Source: Planctomycetota bacterium (GTDB lineage Bacteria > Planctomycetota > Phycisphaerae > Phycisphaerales > SM1A02). Taken from it: a DNA stretch of 64,000 nucleotides. Where the stretch lies: assembly GCA_014381555.1 (NCBI GenBank), contig JACNLO010000051.1, positions 8,915 to 72,914 on the forward strand. Direction: 5' to 3'. This document shows, one piece after another, positions 21,545 to 30,709 of the stretch. Below the pieces are notes generated by a model. The model was not told the DNA's origin and searched no databases. It worked only from the letters and a program-made list of their open reading frames with translations. The position numbers and the translations under genes are program-made. The first letter of the stretch is position 1. Each line of letters opens with the position of its first letter.

Positions 21545-22504
21545 TTATGAAGATCGGACGAGTAGTTCACGATTTATGCCTTTTTTAGACAAAATTGGCT
21601 CGATTTCCTTAAGAAAACGCCTTCCATCTTGTGTATATCCTGCAGTTGGTTTCAATTCAGGCAACTGATCTGCAAAATACTTGTTAAACCGAACCATCAT
21701 TAGTTCACGAACATATTTTGCAATCATGGAAGCAAGCGCAACAGGCATATGGCGTTCATCACTTTTTGAAGCGAATGTGATGGTACACAGGGATCCCTCA
21801 ATATCAAGACGGTATCTGCTCAATTCTTGGGTTTCAGCGAGCACTTGAATTTGTGCATGAGGCCAGCAGAGTTGTAAATCATTTCGATATTGAATTCTGC
21901 CTCCATGCCTGTCAATCATTATTCGTGGATGCTCATTTGCCCATTGTTTGGTGATTGCAGCGACATGCTGCATGGCGAGTGAAAAATTGAGCGCTGCTTT
22001 TGAAGAATGCTCTGTTCGCTCATTATATTTTTCAGCATCTACAGAAATGCAACGAAGTAATGCACAACGAATATTTTCCTTTGCAAGGCCACGCCTGAGA
22101 AGCGACGAATCAATTTTTAATGATTGCTTGTCATTGCTGTATGGAAGTGGAGTTTTCGTATTGCACCAGAGTTCATCAGACACTTTGCAGTTGGCTGCAT
22201 TGAATAGTTGTTCGTCATCAGAAAACTGTTGTCCCATCGTTGCAAAAAAAGAAAGCACCCCTCGTTCAAGATGCTGCAATCCTTTTTTAGTAGAGCCAGA
22301 TTTCAACTTCTTAGAATCGTTTACGGCAATCTTTTTTTTGGCGTCTCGCCTTGTTTTACAAATGCAGTGCTTAAGCATTGACCATACATCTGGCTCGCCA
22401 TCTGCGGGGTCATATTGCTCTAAGACAAGGACAGAAGCTCCAACACAAAGAGGTCCGAACATTGGACCATAGCCGGCTTCATCAATTCCTGCATACACGA
22501 GCAT
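21545..22504 (-). CDS. rnhB: type 2 ribonuclease H (RNase HII family) with extended C-terminal region
   Basis: N-terminal GIDEAGYGPMFGPL, DSKKL and ASMIAKYVRE motifs match the RNase HII catalytic core. At 319 aa it is longer than canonical RNase HII. Confidence 0.6.
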   Translation of the reverse strand: MLVYAGIDEAGYGPMFGPLCVGASVLVLEQYDPADGEPDVWSMLKHCICKTRRDAKKKIAVNDSKKLKSGSTKKGLQHLERGVLSFFATMGQQFSDDEQLFNAANCKVSDELWCNTKTPLPYSNDKQSLKIDSSLLRRGLAKENIRCALLRCISVDAEKYNERTEHSSKAALNFSLAMQHVAAITKQWANEHPRIMIDRHGGRIQYRNDLQLCWPHAQIQVLAETQELSRYRLDIEGSLCTITFASKSDERHMPVALASMIAKYVRELMMVRFNKYFADQLPELKPTAGYTQDGRRFLKEIEPILSKKGINRELLVRSS

Positions 22505-22562
22505 TTGCTAATCATACCCGTAGATTTATTAACCCGCGGTTAATTAAACTACAATACAATTC

Positions 22563-23639
22563 ATGGCGAAGGTACTTATGGCAATGTCTGGGGGGGTCGA
22601 TTCATCGGTCGCTGCTGCATTATTGACGCAAGAGGGGCACGAAGTGATTGGTTGTTTTATGCGCCTTGGATCAGTAGGCGATGAGGTTGATCAAGAAATT
22701 AAAATTGGGCACAAGGGGTGTTGTTCAATTGATGACTCAAATGACGCAAGGACTGTTAGTGCAAAACTTGGCATGACATTTTACGCGCTTGATTTCAAAG
22801 ATGACTTTGGAAGAATAATCGATTACTTTGTCGACGAATACAACGCAGGACGAACTCCAAATCCTTGTATTCGTTGCAATGACTGGTTGAAATTTGGCAA
22901 ATTGCACGAATATGCAAAATCGATAGGAGCCACATTCGTTGCATCAGGTCATCACGCTCAAATTTTGCAAGGAGCAGATGGTGCTGAATTACATATGGGC
23001 GCAGATATTGGCAAAGATCAAAGTTACGTTTTGTTTGGGGCTAATCGGAAGCGAATTGGCGAGATGATGTTGCCTATCGGTCACTTGCAAAAAAGTGAGG
23101 TTCGGGAGTTAGCGAAAGAATTTGACTTACCTGTTTTTAATAAACCGGATTCACAAGAGATATGTTTTGTTCCTGATGACAATTACGCAAACTTAATTGA
23201 AAAGAAATCACCCGGAAGTTTGAGACAAGGCGAAGTACTCGATGCTCAGGGCAACGTCATCGGCGAACATGGTGGGCAGCAAAAATACACAATTGGACAA
23301 AGAAGGGGGCTTGGAATTGCGATGAGTACTCCAATGTACGTAGTTGCGAAAGATCCCTTGATGAATACAGTCACGATTGGCGGGGAAGAATTACTCAACA
23401 CGAACACAGTGCTAGCAAAAGATGTGAACTGGCTGATTGATGCAAGTGAATCATGGATTCCCTGTACTGCAAAAATTCGGTACAACACACCTCCTTCACA
23501 CGGAAAAGTAAAAGCGGTAGGTGATTTTCTCGAAGTGCAATTTGACGAGCCACAGCGAGGTGGTGCCACAGGTCAAGCGGTAGTTTGTTATCAAGGTACG
23601 AAAGTAATCTGCGGTGGATGGATTGAGCGTGTCTCATGA
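22563..23639 (+). CDS. mnmA: tRNA 2-thiouridine(34) synthase
   Basis: PP-loop SGGVDSS, catalytic Cys context NPCIRCN, 358 aa. Confidence 0.95.
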   Translation: MAKVLMAMSGGVDSSVAAALLTQEGHEVIGCFMRLGSVGDEVDQEIKIGHKGCCSIDDSNDARTVSAKLGMTFYALDFKDDFGRIIDYFVDEYNAGRTPNPCIRCNDWLKFGKLHEYAKSIGATFVASGHHAQILQGADGAELHMGADIGKDQSYVLFGANRKRIGEMMLPIGHLQKSEVRELAKEFDLPVFNKPDSQEICFVPDDNYANLIEKKSPGSLRQGEVLDAQGNVIGEHGGQQKYTIGQRRGLGIAMSTPMYVVAKDPLMNTVTIGGEELLNTNTVLAKDVNWLIDASESWIPCTAKIRYNTPPSHGKVKAVGDFLEVQFDEPQRGGATGQAVVCYQGTKVICGGWIERVS

Positions 23640-25204
23640 TTGATTGGAAACTTCCATACGCATCAAATCGAGAACCCATTGTTGGCAAAAACGTTGTTGC
23701 ATGTTCACAGCCACTTGCTTCCCAAGCAGGACTTGAGATGATTCGTCTTGGAGGAAACGCTGTTGATGCAGCACTTGCGGCAGGCATTGCAAGCACTGTT
23801 GTTGAGCCATGCGCTAATGGAATTGGTGGTGACGCATTTGCAATTGTGCATGATGGAACCAACATTTATGGCATTAACGGTTCAGGGAAATCTCCGGCAC
23901 TTATGCCAACTTCGATTGATGGTGAAATTCCATCGGTCGGCTGGTTGCCGGTTACTGTTCCCGGAGCAGTTGCAACATGGATGATGTTACACGAGCGTTT
24001 CGGCAGTTTGGCTATGAGCCAAATTGTAGCTCCAGCAGTTTCGTATGCGCGAAACGGTTTTTTAGTTTCACCTCAAACAGCTACAAGATGGCAAAACGGA
24101 ACTGATAGGTTTAGAGGTGAGAAAGCATGGTGTGAGACTTTTTTATTCAATGGGAAGGCGCCCGAAGTTGGGCAGTGCATTACGTTGCCTGACCATGCAA
24201 ACACACTTGAAGAAATTTGTGAAACTAAAGGCGAATCATTTTATCGAGGAAACCTTGCGCGGCAAATGGACGCCGCTTCACTGGCTGGAGGAGGTTATCT
24301 TCGAAAAGAAGATTTGGAAGCACACAAAAGCGAGTGGGTTGAACCACTATCTGTCGAAGTTGGTGATTCAAAGTTTTATGAACTTCCACCAAATGGACAA
24401 GGGATTGCTGCACTTATTGCAATGAAAATTGTAGAAGAAACTGGTATTGATTTAACAAATTGTGATACACCTGAAGTACTCCATATACAAATCGAAGCTA
24501 TGAAACGCGCCTTTGCAGATGCACATGCATTTGTTGCTGATCCAGACATCTCAGGTGACTGTTGTGATTTGCTCCAAGATGCAAGAATTACAAAACACTG
24601 CGCATCGATTTCAAATGAAGCGACTGGTATAGATGCGAACTTGATTCCACGTTATGCATCGACGGTCTATCTTGCAACGGGTGATGAAAATGGCATGCAG
24701 TGTTCGTTCATTCAAAGTAATTTTGAGGGTTTTGGTTCAGGTATGATTGTTCCGAAAACTGGGATAGCATTGCAAAATCGAGGACGTGGATTTTCACTAG
24801 ACCCAACGCATCCAAACTGCATAGGTCCCAACAAGAGACCTTTTCACACAATTATTCCGGGGTTTCTTGAGCAAGGTGATTTGAGAACTCCTTTTGGGGT
24901 TATGGGAGGTCCTATGCAGCCCCAAGGCCATTTGCAAGTTGTTTGCAGAATGGTGTGTGCAAAGCAAAATCCTCAGGCATCTCTCGATGCTCCTCGCTGG
25001 AAATTGCTCGGGGGTAATAAAGTTACGATTGAGCCAGGTTTTCATGAAAACATCTATGAGAAACTACGTGAGATGGGGCATGAAGTAATACTCGCTGAAA
25101 GTCGAACAGTAGCTTTTGGTGGGGGGCAAATCATTCAAGGAATCGAAGATGGTTACGCTGGTGCGAGTGATTCAAGGCGTGACGGCCAAGCAGTATGTTC
25201 CTGA
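23636..25204 (+). CDS. gamma-glutamyltransferase family protein (no signal peptide seen)
   Basis: Ntn-hydrolase layout with a nucleophile Thr context (ASTVYLATGD) and a C-terminal GASDSRRDG motif. Confidence 0.88.
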   Translation: MIDWKLPYASNREPIVGKNVVACSQPLASQAGLEMIRLGGNAVDAALAAGIASTVVEPCANGIGGDAFAIVHDGTNIYGINGSGKSPALMPTSIDGEIPSVGWLPVTVPGAVATWMMLHERFGSLAMSQIVAPAVSYARNGFLVSPQTATRWQNGTDRFRGEKAWCETFLFNGKAPEVGQCITLPDHANTLEEICETKGESFYRGNLARQMDAASLAGGGYLRKEDLEAHKSEWVEPLSVEVGDSKFYELPPNGQGIAALIAMKIVEETGIDLTNCDTPEVLHIQIEAMKRAFADAHAFVADPDISGDCCDLLQDARITKHCASISNEATGIDANLIPRYASTVYLATGDENGMQCSFIQSNFEGFGSGMIVPKTGIALQNRGRGFSLDPTHPNCIGPNKRPFHTIIPGFLEQGDLRTPFGVMGGPMQPQGHLQVVCRMVCAKQNPQASLDAPRWKLLGGNKVTIEPGFHENIYEKLREMGHEVILAESRTVAFGGGQIIQGIEDGYAGASDSRRDGQAVCS

Positions 25205-25234
25205 TATAATGCCTCACTTAAACAGGAGATACCC

Positions 25235-26296
25235 ATGACTACTACCACTGAATATCTTGGCTCAAACGCAGAAAATCTACTTTCTTATAAAGCTAAGGTC
25301 TCCTCGGATTTGCTACATCTTCCGGGAAGCGACTTTATAGATCGCACGTGGAAAAACAGCGATCGGAATCCACAGGTGTTGAGGAACCTTGCTTCAATTT
25401 ATAACCATGGTCGGTTGGGTGGCAGTGGGTATCTATCCATTCTTCCTGTTGATCAAGGTATTGAGCATTCGGCAGGTGCTTCGTTTACTCCTAACCCTCT
25501 CTACTTTGACCCTTCAAACATTTGCGAACTGGCCGTCGAAGGTGGGTGCAACGCAGTTGCCTCCACTTTTGGAGTATTTGGAACAGTTGCTCGCACCTAT
25601 GCTCACAAAATTCCTTTCATTGTCAAAATAAATCATAATGAACTCATTACGAGCCCAAACAACTTTGACCAAATCATGTTTGGTACTGTTGAAGAAGCTT
25701 GGAACTTAGGCGCTGCAGCAGTTGGAGCAACAATTTATTATGGTTCTGAAGAATCAGGACGTCAAATTCAGGAAGTTGCACACGCATTTTCACTTGCACA
25801 CGAACTCGGGATGGCGACAGTGCTGTGGTGTTACCTGCGAAACAGTGATTTCAAAGTAGACGGAACAGATTACCACGCATCTGCTGACTTGACTGGTCAA
25901 GCAAATCATCTTGGTGTAACAATTGAAGCAGACATCATTAAGCAAAAGCAGGCGACGAACAATGGTGGTTATGTTGCGATGAACGAAGTAGGAACTTCCT
26001 ACGGTAAGTTCCACAAGGGAATGTACGATAATCTGTGCACCGATCACCCAATCGATTTATGTCGATATCAAGTGCTGAATTGCTACAGTGGTCGCTGCGG
26101 TTTAATCAACTCTGGCGGAGCATCGGGCGATGATGATTTTGCTCAAGCTGTTGAAACAGCAGTAATCAACAAACGCGCAGGTGGATGTGGCCTTATAAGT
26201 GGTCGTAAATCATTCCAACGACCAATGAAGGACGGCGTGCAATTACTTGGTGCAATCCAAGACGTCTTCCTAGACGATTCGATTACGATTGCTTGA
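25235..26296 (+). CDS. fbaB: class I fructose-bisphosphate aldolase (FbaB/DhnA type)
   Basis: Close end-to-end resemblance to E. coli FbaB as I remember it ([38 protein letters not shown]). Confidence 0.92.
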   Translation: MTTTTEYLGSNAENLLSYKAKVSSDLLHLPGSDFIDRTWKNSDRNPQVLRNLASIYNHGRLGGSGYLSILPVDQGIEHSAGASFTPNPLYFDPSNICELAVEGGCNAVASTFGVFGTVARTYAHKIPFIVKINHNELITSPNNFDQIMFGTVEEAWNLGAAAVGATIYYGSEESGRQIQEVAHAFSLAHELGMATVLWCYLRNSDFKVDGTDYHASADLTGQANHLGVTIEADIIKQKQATNNGGYVAMNEVGTSYGKFHKGMYDNLCTDHPIDLCRYQVLNCYSGRCGLINSGGASGDDDFAQAVETAVINKRAGGCGLISGRKSFQRPMKDGVQLLGAIQDVFLDDSITIA

Positions 26297-26357
26297 GATT
26301 AAACCCCAAACAAACTATCCAGCAGCAAAAAAAGTGTTGAAAGAAACGCCACAAATT

Positions 26358-26384
26358 AATAAACGACCCGTGGGATAGTTTATT
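26358..26384. repeat. 27-nt hairpin motif AATAAAC-GACCCGTGGGATA-GTTTATT between convergent fbaB and ATPase genes; second copy at 62864-62890
   Basis: It matches the reverse complement of 62864-62890 at 26 of 27 positions. Here an outer stem CCACA/TGTGG extends it. It is likely a bidirectional terminator-like element. Confidence 0.6.
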
Positions 26385-26399
26385 TGTGGGTCCAAGGTG

Positions 26400-28430
26400 T
26401 TAACTTGTTGCGATTTGACGAATTGGTTTATGTACGCGAGATTCTTCCAAACGGCGTTGGGATTCAACAACCGAAGTAAACTCTTCACCGAAACGAATCA
26501 AGCGTAAACTGTTTGCGATAACAACAACATATCCAAGTGCGTAATAAAAAGGCGTAATCCAAATATTTATGTTTCCTGTTGCTGCAAGTGCAAGACCAAC
26601 AATGGCAAGCAAAAGCGACATGCCAATGTTTTGCCCAATCACGTTTTTTGTTTTTCGAGCAAGAGAAATGAGGAATGGAATGTTGCGAAGATCATCGTTC
26701 ATCAAGGCAACTCCTGCGCTATTTGTAGCAATATCAGAACCACTTAAACCCATTGCGACACCAACATCAGCTGTGGCAAGAATCGGACCATCGTTTATAC
26801 CGTCACCAACAACGAGAGTACTGTGCCCGCGACTGATCAAATATTTCAATTCTTCATGTTTTTCTTCTGGCAAGCATTCTGCTTCAATGGAATCAACCCC
26901 TACAGATTCAGCAACACGCTTGGCAACATCGAGACGGTCGCCAGTAAAGATAGAAACTCGTCGAACACCATTTCGCCGCATGTTTTCAACAGCTTCTGCA
27001 GCGTGTGGTCGAAGTTTGTCTTCTAGACCAACAGCACCCATGTATTGTGTGCCACGCATGATATGTACACTTGACATGCCTTCAATTTTTTCAGAAACTC
27101 TCATGACTTCCTGGGCAACATTGGCATCAAGATCGGTGAGCCACGCACCACGACCTGCATAAATATCAGCGCCATCAGTATGTGCAATGACACCACGTCC
27201 ATGAATTTCCTCGTATTTATCAACATTCCCTGGTGTGATGTTTGCTTGCGTTGCGGTATCGAGAATGGATTTCGCAAGCGGATGGTTGGAATGCTGCTCA
27301 GCATCTGCTGCTGCTTGTAGCAGTGCGGCTCCTTCAACCCCATCTGCTGGGGCAAGTCGACTGACAGCAAATTTACCAGTTGTAAGAGTTCCTGTTTTGT
27401 CCATGATGACAGTGTCAACACTAGCGGCGGCTTCAAGTGTTTGAGTGTGTTTAATCATGATGCCAAGTCGTGCAGCTGCAGCGAATGCAGCAACCATTGC
27501 GGTAGGGTGCGCAATGAGTAAACCGCCGGGACAGGTTACAACTAGCACGGTAATCGCGCGAACGGCAGCTGCGCCCCTAATTGCTTCGTCAGCACTTCGA
27601 CTTGTAAAGAACCACACTACTGCTGCAACCATGACGACTATAGAGAAGTAATACGAAGCGAGTTGCTCGATGAGTTCTTGTCGTTGGGTTCGTGTTGATT
27701 CCGCTTCGCGGATGAGCGATTCTACTTTACCGATTGTTGTTTCTGCAGCAATTGCGGTAACCTTGACGTCAATTTGGCCAGTGAGGTTTGTTGTACCTGC
27801 ATATACTTCAGTTCCGCTTGATGCTTCAATAGGAACAGCTTCACCAGTAAGTGAAGCTTGGTTGATATCAGAATTTCCTGAAACAATTACACCATCAACA
27901 GGAAGATTTTCGCCGGGGCGGATGCGGACAATCATACCGATTGCAACTTCTGAAAGTGGAGCATCTCGTTCAGAATCGTTTTCTATAATCCTTGCACTTC
28001 CTGGAGTAAGGTCAACAAGATTTCTGATTGCTCGTTGGGCACCCCAAGCTGTGCGGCTAAGTATTAGATTTGCCATCCACAGAAATAGTGCTAGGAATCC
28101 AGCAGCGAGATACATTCCAGCAGACAAGGCCGCTACGACAGCAAGGGATGCAAGGGCGTCGCTAGATGGTTTGCCTTTTTTAATTTCACCACACGCTCCT
28201 GCTAGGAGTGGGATTACAAGAATAATTGCACCTATTGAAGCTGGGATATCTGAAACGAGTGCATGGGCGCCTAGGAGGTGCCCAATCCACGATACAGCAA
28301 GTAAAACACCTCCACTGAGTGCAACTAAAAGTCTGCGTTCGAGGCGACGTGCACCCTCCATTGCGCCTGATTGCATGGCATCATTAGCAGAATTCCCCAT
28401 ATTCGTCTCGTTAGAAGTGATTTCAGACAT
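26400..28430 (-). CDS. heavy-metal translocating P-type ATPase (P1B) lacking an N-terminal HMA domain
   Basis: DKTGTLT, LTGEAVP, GDGINDGP and the HP motif NHPLA are present. The membrane motif reads CPG instead of CPC. Confidence 0.9.
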   Translation of the reverse strand: MSEITSNETNMGNSANDAMQSGAMEGARRLERRLLVALSGGVLLAVSWIGHLLGAHALVSDIPASIGAIILVIPLLAGACGEIKKGKPSSDALASLAVVAALSAGMYLAAGFLALFLWMANLILSRTAWGAQRAIRNLVDLTPGSARIIENDSERDAPLSEVAIGMIVRIRPGENLPVDGVIVSGNSDINQASLTGEAVPIEASSGTEVYAGTTNLTGQIDVKVTAIAAETTIGKVESLIREAESTRTQRQELIEQLASYYFSIVVMVAAVVWFFTSRSADEAIRGAAAVRAITVLVVTCPGGLLIAHPTAMVAAFAAAARLGIMIKHTQTLEAAASVDTVIMDKTGTLTTGKFAVSRLAPADGVEGAALLQAAADAEQHSNHPLAKSILDTATQANITPGNVDKYEEIHGRGVIAHTDGADIYAGRGAWLTDLDANVAQEVMRVSEKIEGMSSVHIMRGTQYMGAVGLEDKLRPHAAEAVENMRRNGVRRVSIFTGDRLDVAKRVAESVGVDSIEAECLPEEKHEELKYLISRGHSTLVVGDGINDGPILATADVGVAMGLSGSDIATNSAGVALMNDDLRNIPFLISLARKTKNVIGQNIGMSLLLAIVGLALAATGNINIWITPFYYALGYVVVIANSLRLIRFGEEFTSVVESQRRLEESRVHKPIRQIATS

Positions 28431-28545
28431 GTTTTTAGGCTTCCTCAGTGATTCTTACCTACTATAGGCGGTTTCATGGGTGATTGTTCGTGTAGGATTC
28501 TCGTAATCTTATGAGATATAGTCCGAACATGGAAGCAGGTACCCT

Positions 28546-29547
28546 ATGACTAATGTAGCAGTGATTGGCGATGGACAAATGGCATTGGTAATGGCTGATG
28601 CCCTTACTGCTCGAGGAGTACATGTTAGGCTCTGGGGGCCGTTTCCAACACATGTTGATGACCTCGCAGAACGCCGAAAATCTGCGAGATTGCCCCATTT
28701 TATGCTTTCCGATGATGTACGAGTTACTCCAAATGCAGAGGAAGCGCTCAGTGAGGTGGATATTGCCCTTAATGCGATTCCAACTCAGTACATTAGAAAA
28801 GTGTGGGGTGATATTTCAAACTATGTTCCTACAGGAGTTCCAGTTGCATGCGTTGCAAAAGGAATTGAGATTGGGACAAATGTATTGCCTACGCAAATTA
28901 TTGAAGAATTGTTGGGAGAAGGTCATTCTACTTGTGTCCTCTCTGGCCCGACAATCGCAACGGAGTTAGTTCGCAGGCAACCAGCTGTGATGGTATCGAG
29001 TTCGATAGATGAAGCAGTTGCGAAACAAGTGCAAGATTTGTTTGACGTGCCTTGGCTCCGGGTATACACACATGGCGATCCACTAGGCGTTGAACTTGCA
29101 GGAGCATTAAAAAATGTGATTGCGATTGCTGCAGGTATTTGTGATGGAATGGAACTAGGTGACAATGCAAAATCTGCAATGCTTGCAAGAGGACTTGCAG
29201 AAATTTCACGGCTTGGGGTTTCCCTAGGTGCTCAACTTGAGACTTTCTTCGGAATTGCTGGTGTTGGTGATTTAGCAACAACATGTTTTAGTCCACATGG
29301 TCGTAACCGAACGTGTGGAGAGCGACTAGGCAAAGGGGAAGAATTGCAAACGATTACTGAAACAATGGGTTCGGTGGTTGAAGGTGTTTCGACAACAAAA
29401 GCAGTTCATTCATTAGCGCAGGAACAAGGTGTAGAAATGCCGATTGCATCTGTGATGTATCGCGTATTATTTGAAGGACTCTCGATACACGATGCAATCA
29501 GTTCTCTGATGTCGCGAGATTTGAGAGCAGAGCAACTTCGACGTTGA
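28546..29547 (+). CDS. gpsA: NAD(P)H-dependent glycerol-3-phosphate dehydrogenase
   Basis: N-terminal Rossmann VAVIGDGQMA and GALKNVIAIAAG motif; 333 aa. Confidence 0.93.
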   Translation: MTNVAVIGDGQMALVMADALTARGVHVRLWGPFPTHVDDLAERRKSARLPHFMLSDDVRVTPNAEEALSEVDIALNAIPTQYIRKVWGDISNYVPTGVPVACVAKGIEIGTNVLPTQIIEELLGEGHSTCVLSGPTIATELVRRQPAVMVSSSIDEAVAKQVQDLFDVPWLRVYTHGDPLGVELAGALKNVIAIAAGICDGMELGDNAKSAMLARGLAEISRLGVSLGAQLETFFGIAGVGDLATTCFSPHGRNRTCGERLGKGEELQTITETMGSVVEGVSTTKAVHSLAQEQGVEMPIASVMYRVLFEGLSIHDAISSLMSRDLRAEQLRR

Positions 29548-29558
29548 TTAGATGAATC

Positions 29559-29831
29559 TTACTCGTGGAACTCTGAAGAAACTAAAGCCGTGAGTTCGGT
29601 GATTGCGTCGTCTGCATCCTCACCATTTGCGTTGATGGTGAGTTTTGTGCCTTGTACGGCGGCAAGCATCATTAATTGCATGATGGATTTTGCGTCAACC
29701 TGATCACTCTTTTCATGACCCACAGTAATAGATGAGCTGAATTTTCCTGCTATTTCAGCAAACAACATCGCAGGTCTTGCGTGCATACCAAGACGGTTGT
29801 TGATGGTGATGGTTGTTGAAGCAGTGGGCAT
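29559..29831 (-). CDS. ptsH: HPr family phosphocarrier protein
   Basis: 90 aa with His-15 motif GMHARPA and Ser-46 context AKSIMQLM. Confidence 0.9.
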   Translation of the reverse strand: MPTASTTITINNRLGMHARPAMLFAEIAGKFSSSITVGHEKSDQVDAKSIMQLMMLAAVQGTKLTINANGEDADDAITELTALVSSEFHE

Positions 29832-29904
29832 AATTAGGGGAGGGTCTTATAGGTTTGGCAACTCTTGTGAGGTGCGCTTTGCAAAAAGGTGGAATGGTTA
29901 CGAG

Positions 29905-30375
29905 TTAACGAACCGCGCTATCTGTTTCACCAAGTAAGGTGAGTACGTCTTCAATTGATGTTGCTTGACGCAAGAACCGCCTGAACGTGTCTTGGCTTAG
30001 ACTGCTGAAGATAGCTTCCATTGCGTCAAGGTGGTTTTCTGGTTGATCTTCTGGGCTAAGTAAAAGTACCACTGAATATACCGGCTCACGGTCAAGTGCT
30101 TTGAAATCCACGCCATCTTGACTATTGCCTATAGCGATGTGCATCGTTTTGATATCAGCATGTTTCACGTGAGGAACAGCAACTCCATGCCCGAAACCAG
30201 TCGAACCCTTGTTCTCGCGTCGAATTATTGCTTTTGTAAAATCCACACGTTGGTCTTCAGTTACACATCCTGATGAAACAAGCGCATCTACCATTTCGGA
30301 AATGACACCATCTCGATTAGTGGCTTTGAGTTCTGGAATAATTGCGTTCTGTACGACTATATCCATTAGTTTCAT
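29905..30375 (-). CDS. ptsN: PTS IIA (EIIA-Ntr type) protein
   Basis: Active-site region GFGHGVAVPH. It sits directly after hpf with a 4-nt overlap. Confidence 0.85.
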   Translation of the reverse strand: MKLMDIVVQNAIIPELKATNRDGVISEMVDALVSSGCVTEDQRVDFTKAIIRRENKGSTGFGHGVAVPHVKHADIKTMHIAIGNSQDGVDFKALDREPVYSVVLLLSPEDQPENHLDAMEAIFSSLSQDTFRRFLRQATSIEDVLTLLGETDSAVR

Positions 30376-30695
30376 CGGTCTGTACCTCCAGTGGGGGTGT
30401 TATGTTTATGATCCCGAAGTTTACTTTTTAAGTCTGTAAGTTGACGGACACTTCGATCAACGGAACCATCAATTGCAGCGTACATATCATCATCCTCATT
30501 AGTGGAAACGATATTGTTATGGTGCTCAACATTTGTGAGGATTTCAACCATAAATCCATGGCTCGTTTTTTCTACGATGACATCGATTTGTTCAATTCGA
30601 TCATAGAACCGAGTGAGTTTGCTCGCCTTTGCGTTGATATATTCCTCAATTTCTGGCGTCATTTCAAATTGTTTGCTACTGATGTTGATTTGCAT
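30372..30695 (-). CDS. hpf: ribosome hibernation promoting factor (RaiA/HPF family)
   Basis: 107 aa with an N-terminus MQINISSKQFEMTPEIEEYI typical of HPF. The hpf-ptsN synteny supports the call. Confidence 0.9.
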   Translation of the reverse strand: MQINISSKQFEMTPEIEEYINAKASKLTRFYDRIEQIDVIVEKTSHGFMVEILTNVEHHNNIVSTNEDDDMYAAIDGSVDRSVRQLTDLKSKLRDHKHNTPTGGTDR

Positions 30696-30709
30696 GGACT
30701 CTTCTTTCT

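Noticed and set aside
26400-28430. Horizontal acquisition of the P-type ATPase, suggested by locally higher GC by eye.
   Set aside because: I only spot-counted a few lines. Ala/Gly/Val-rich membrane proteins raise GC anyway, and no mobility genes flank it. The claim cannot be supported without computed composition or codon statistics.
26569-28467. Long antisense ORFs. Two (197 aa and 265 aa) lie opposite the P-type ATPase. Similar ones lie opposite other genes:
- fusA (19140-19706).
- topA (47183-47761).
- lnt (53284-53811).
- The TraB-like gene (42214-42735).
- The RNase H gene (21948-22472).
- The 3066-3833 ORF (3092-3610).
   Set aside because: They are shadow ORFs fully contained in well-supported genes on the other strand. 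Their translations are low-complexity (Ser/Pro/Arg/Ala rich) with no recognisable motifs.
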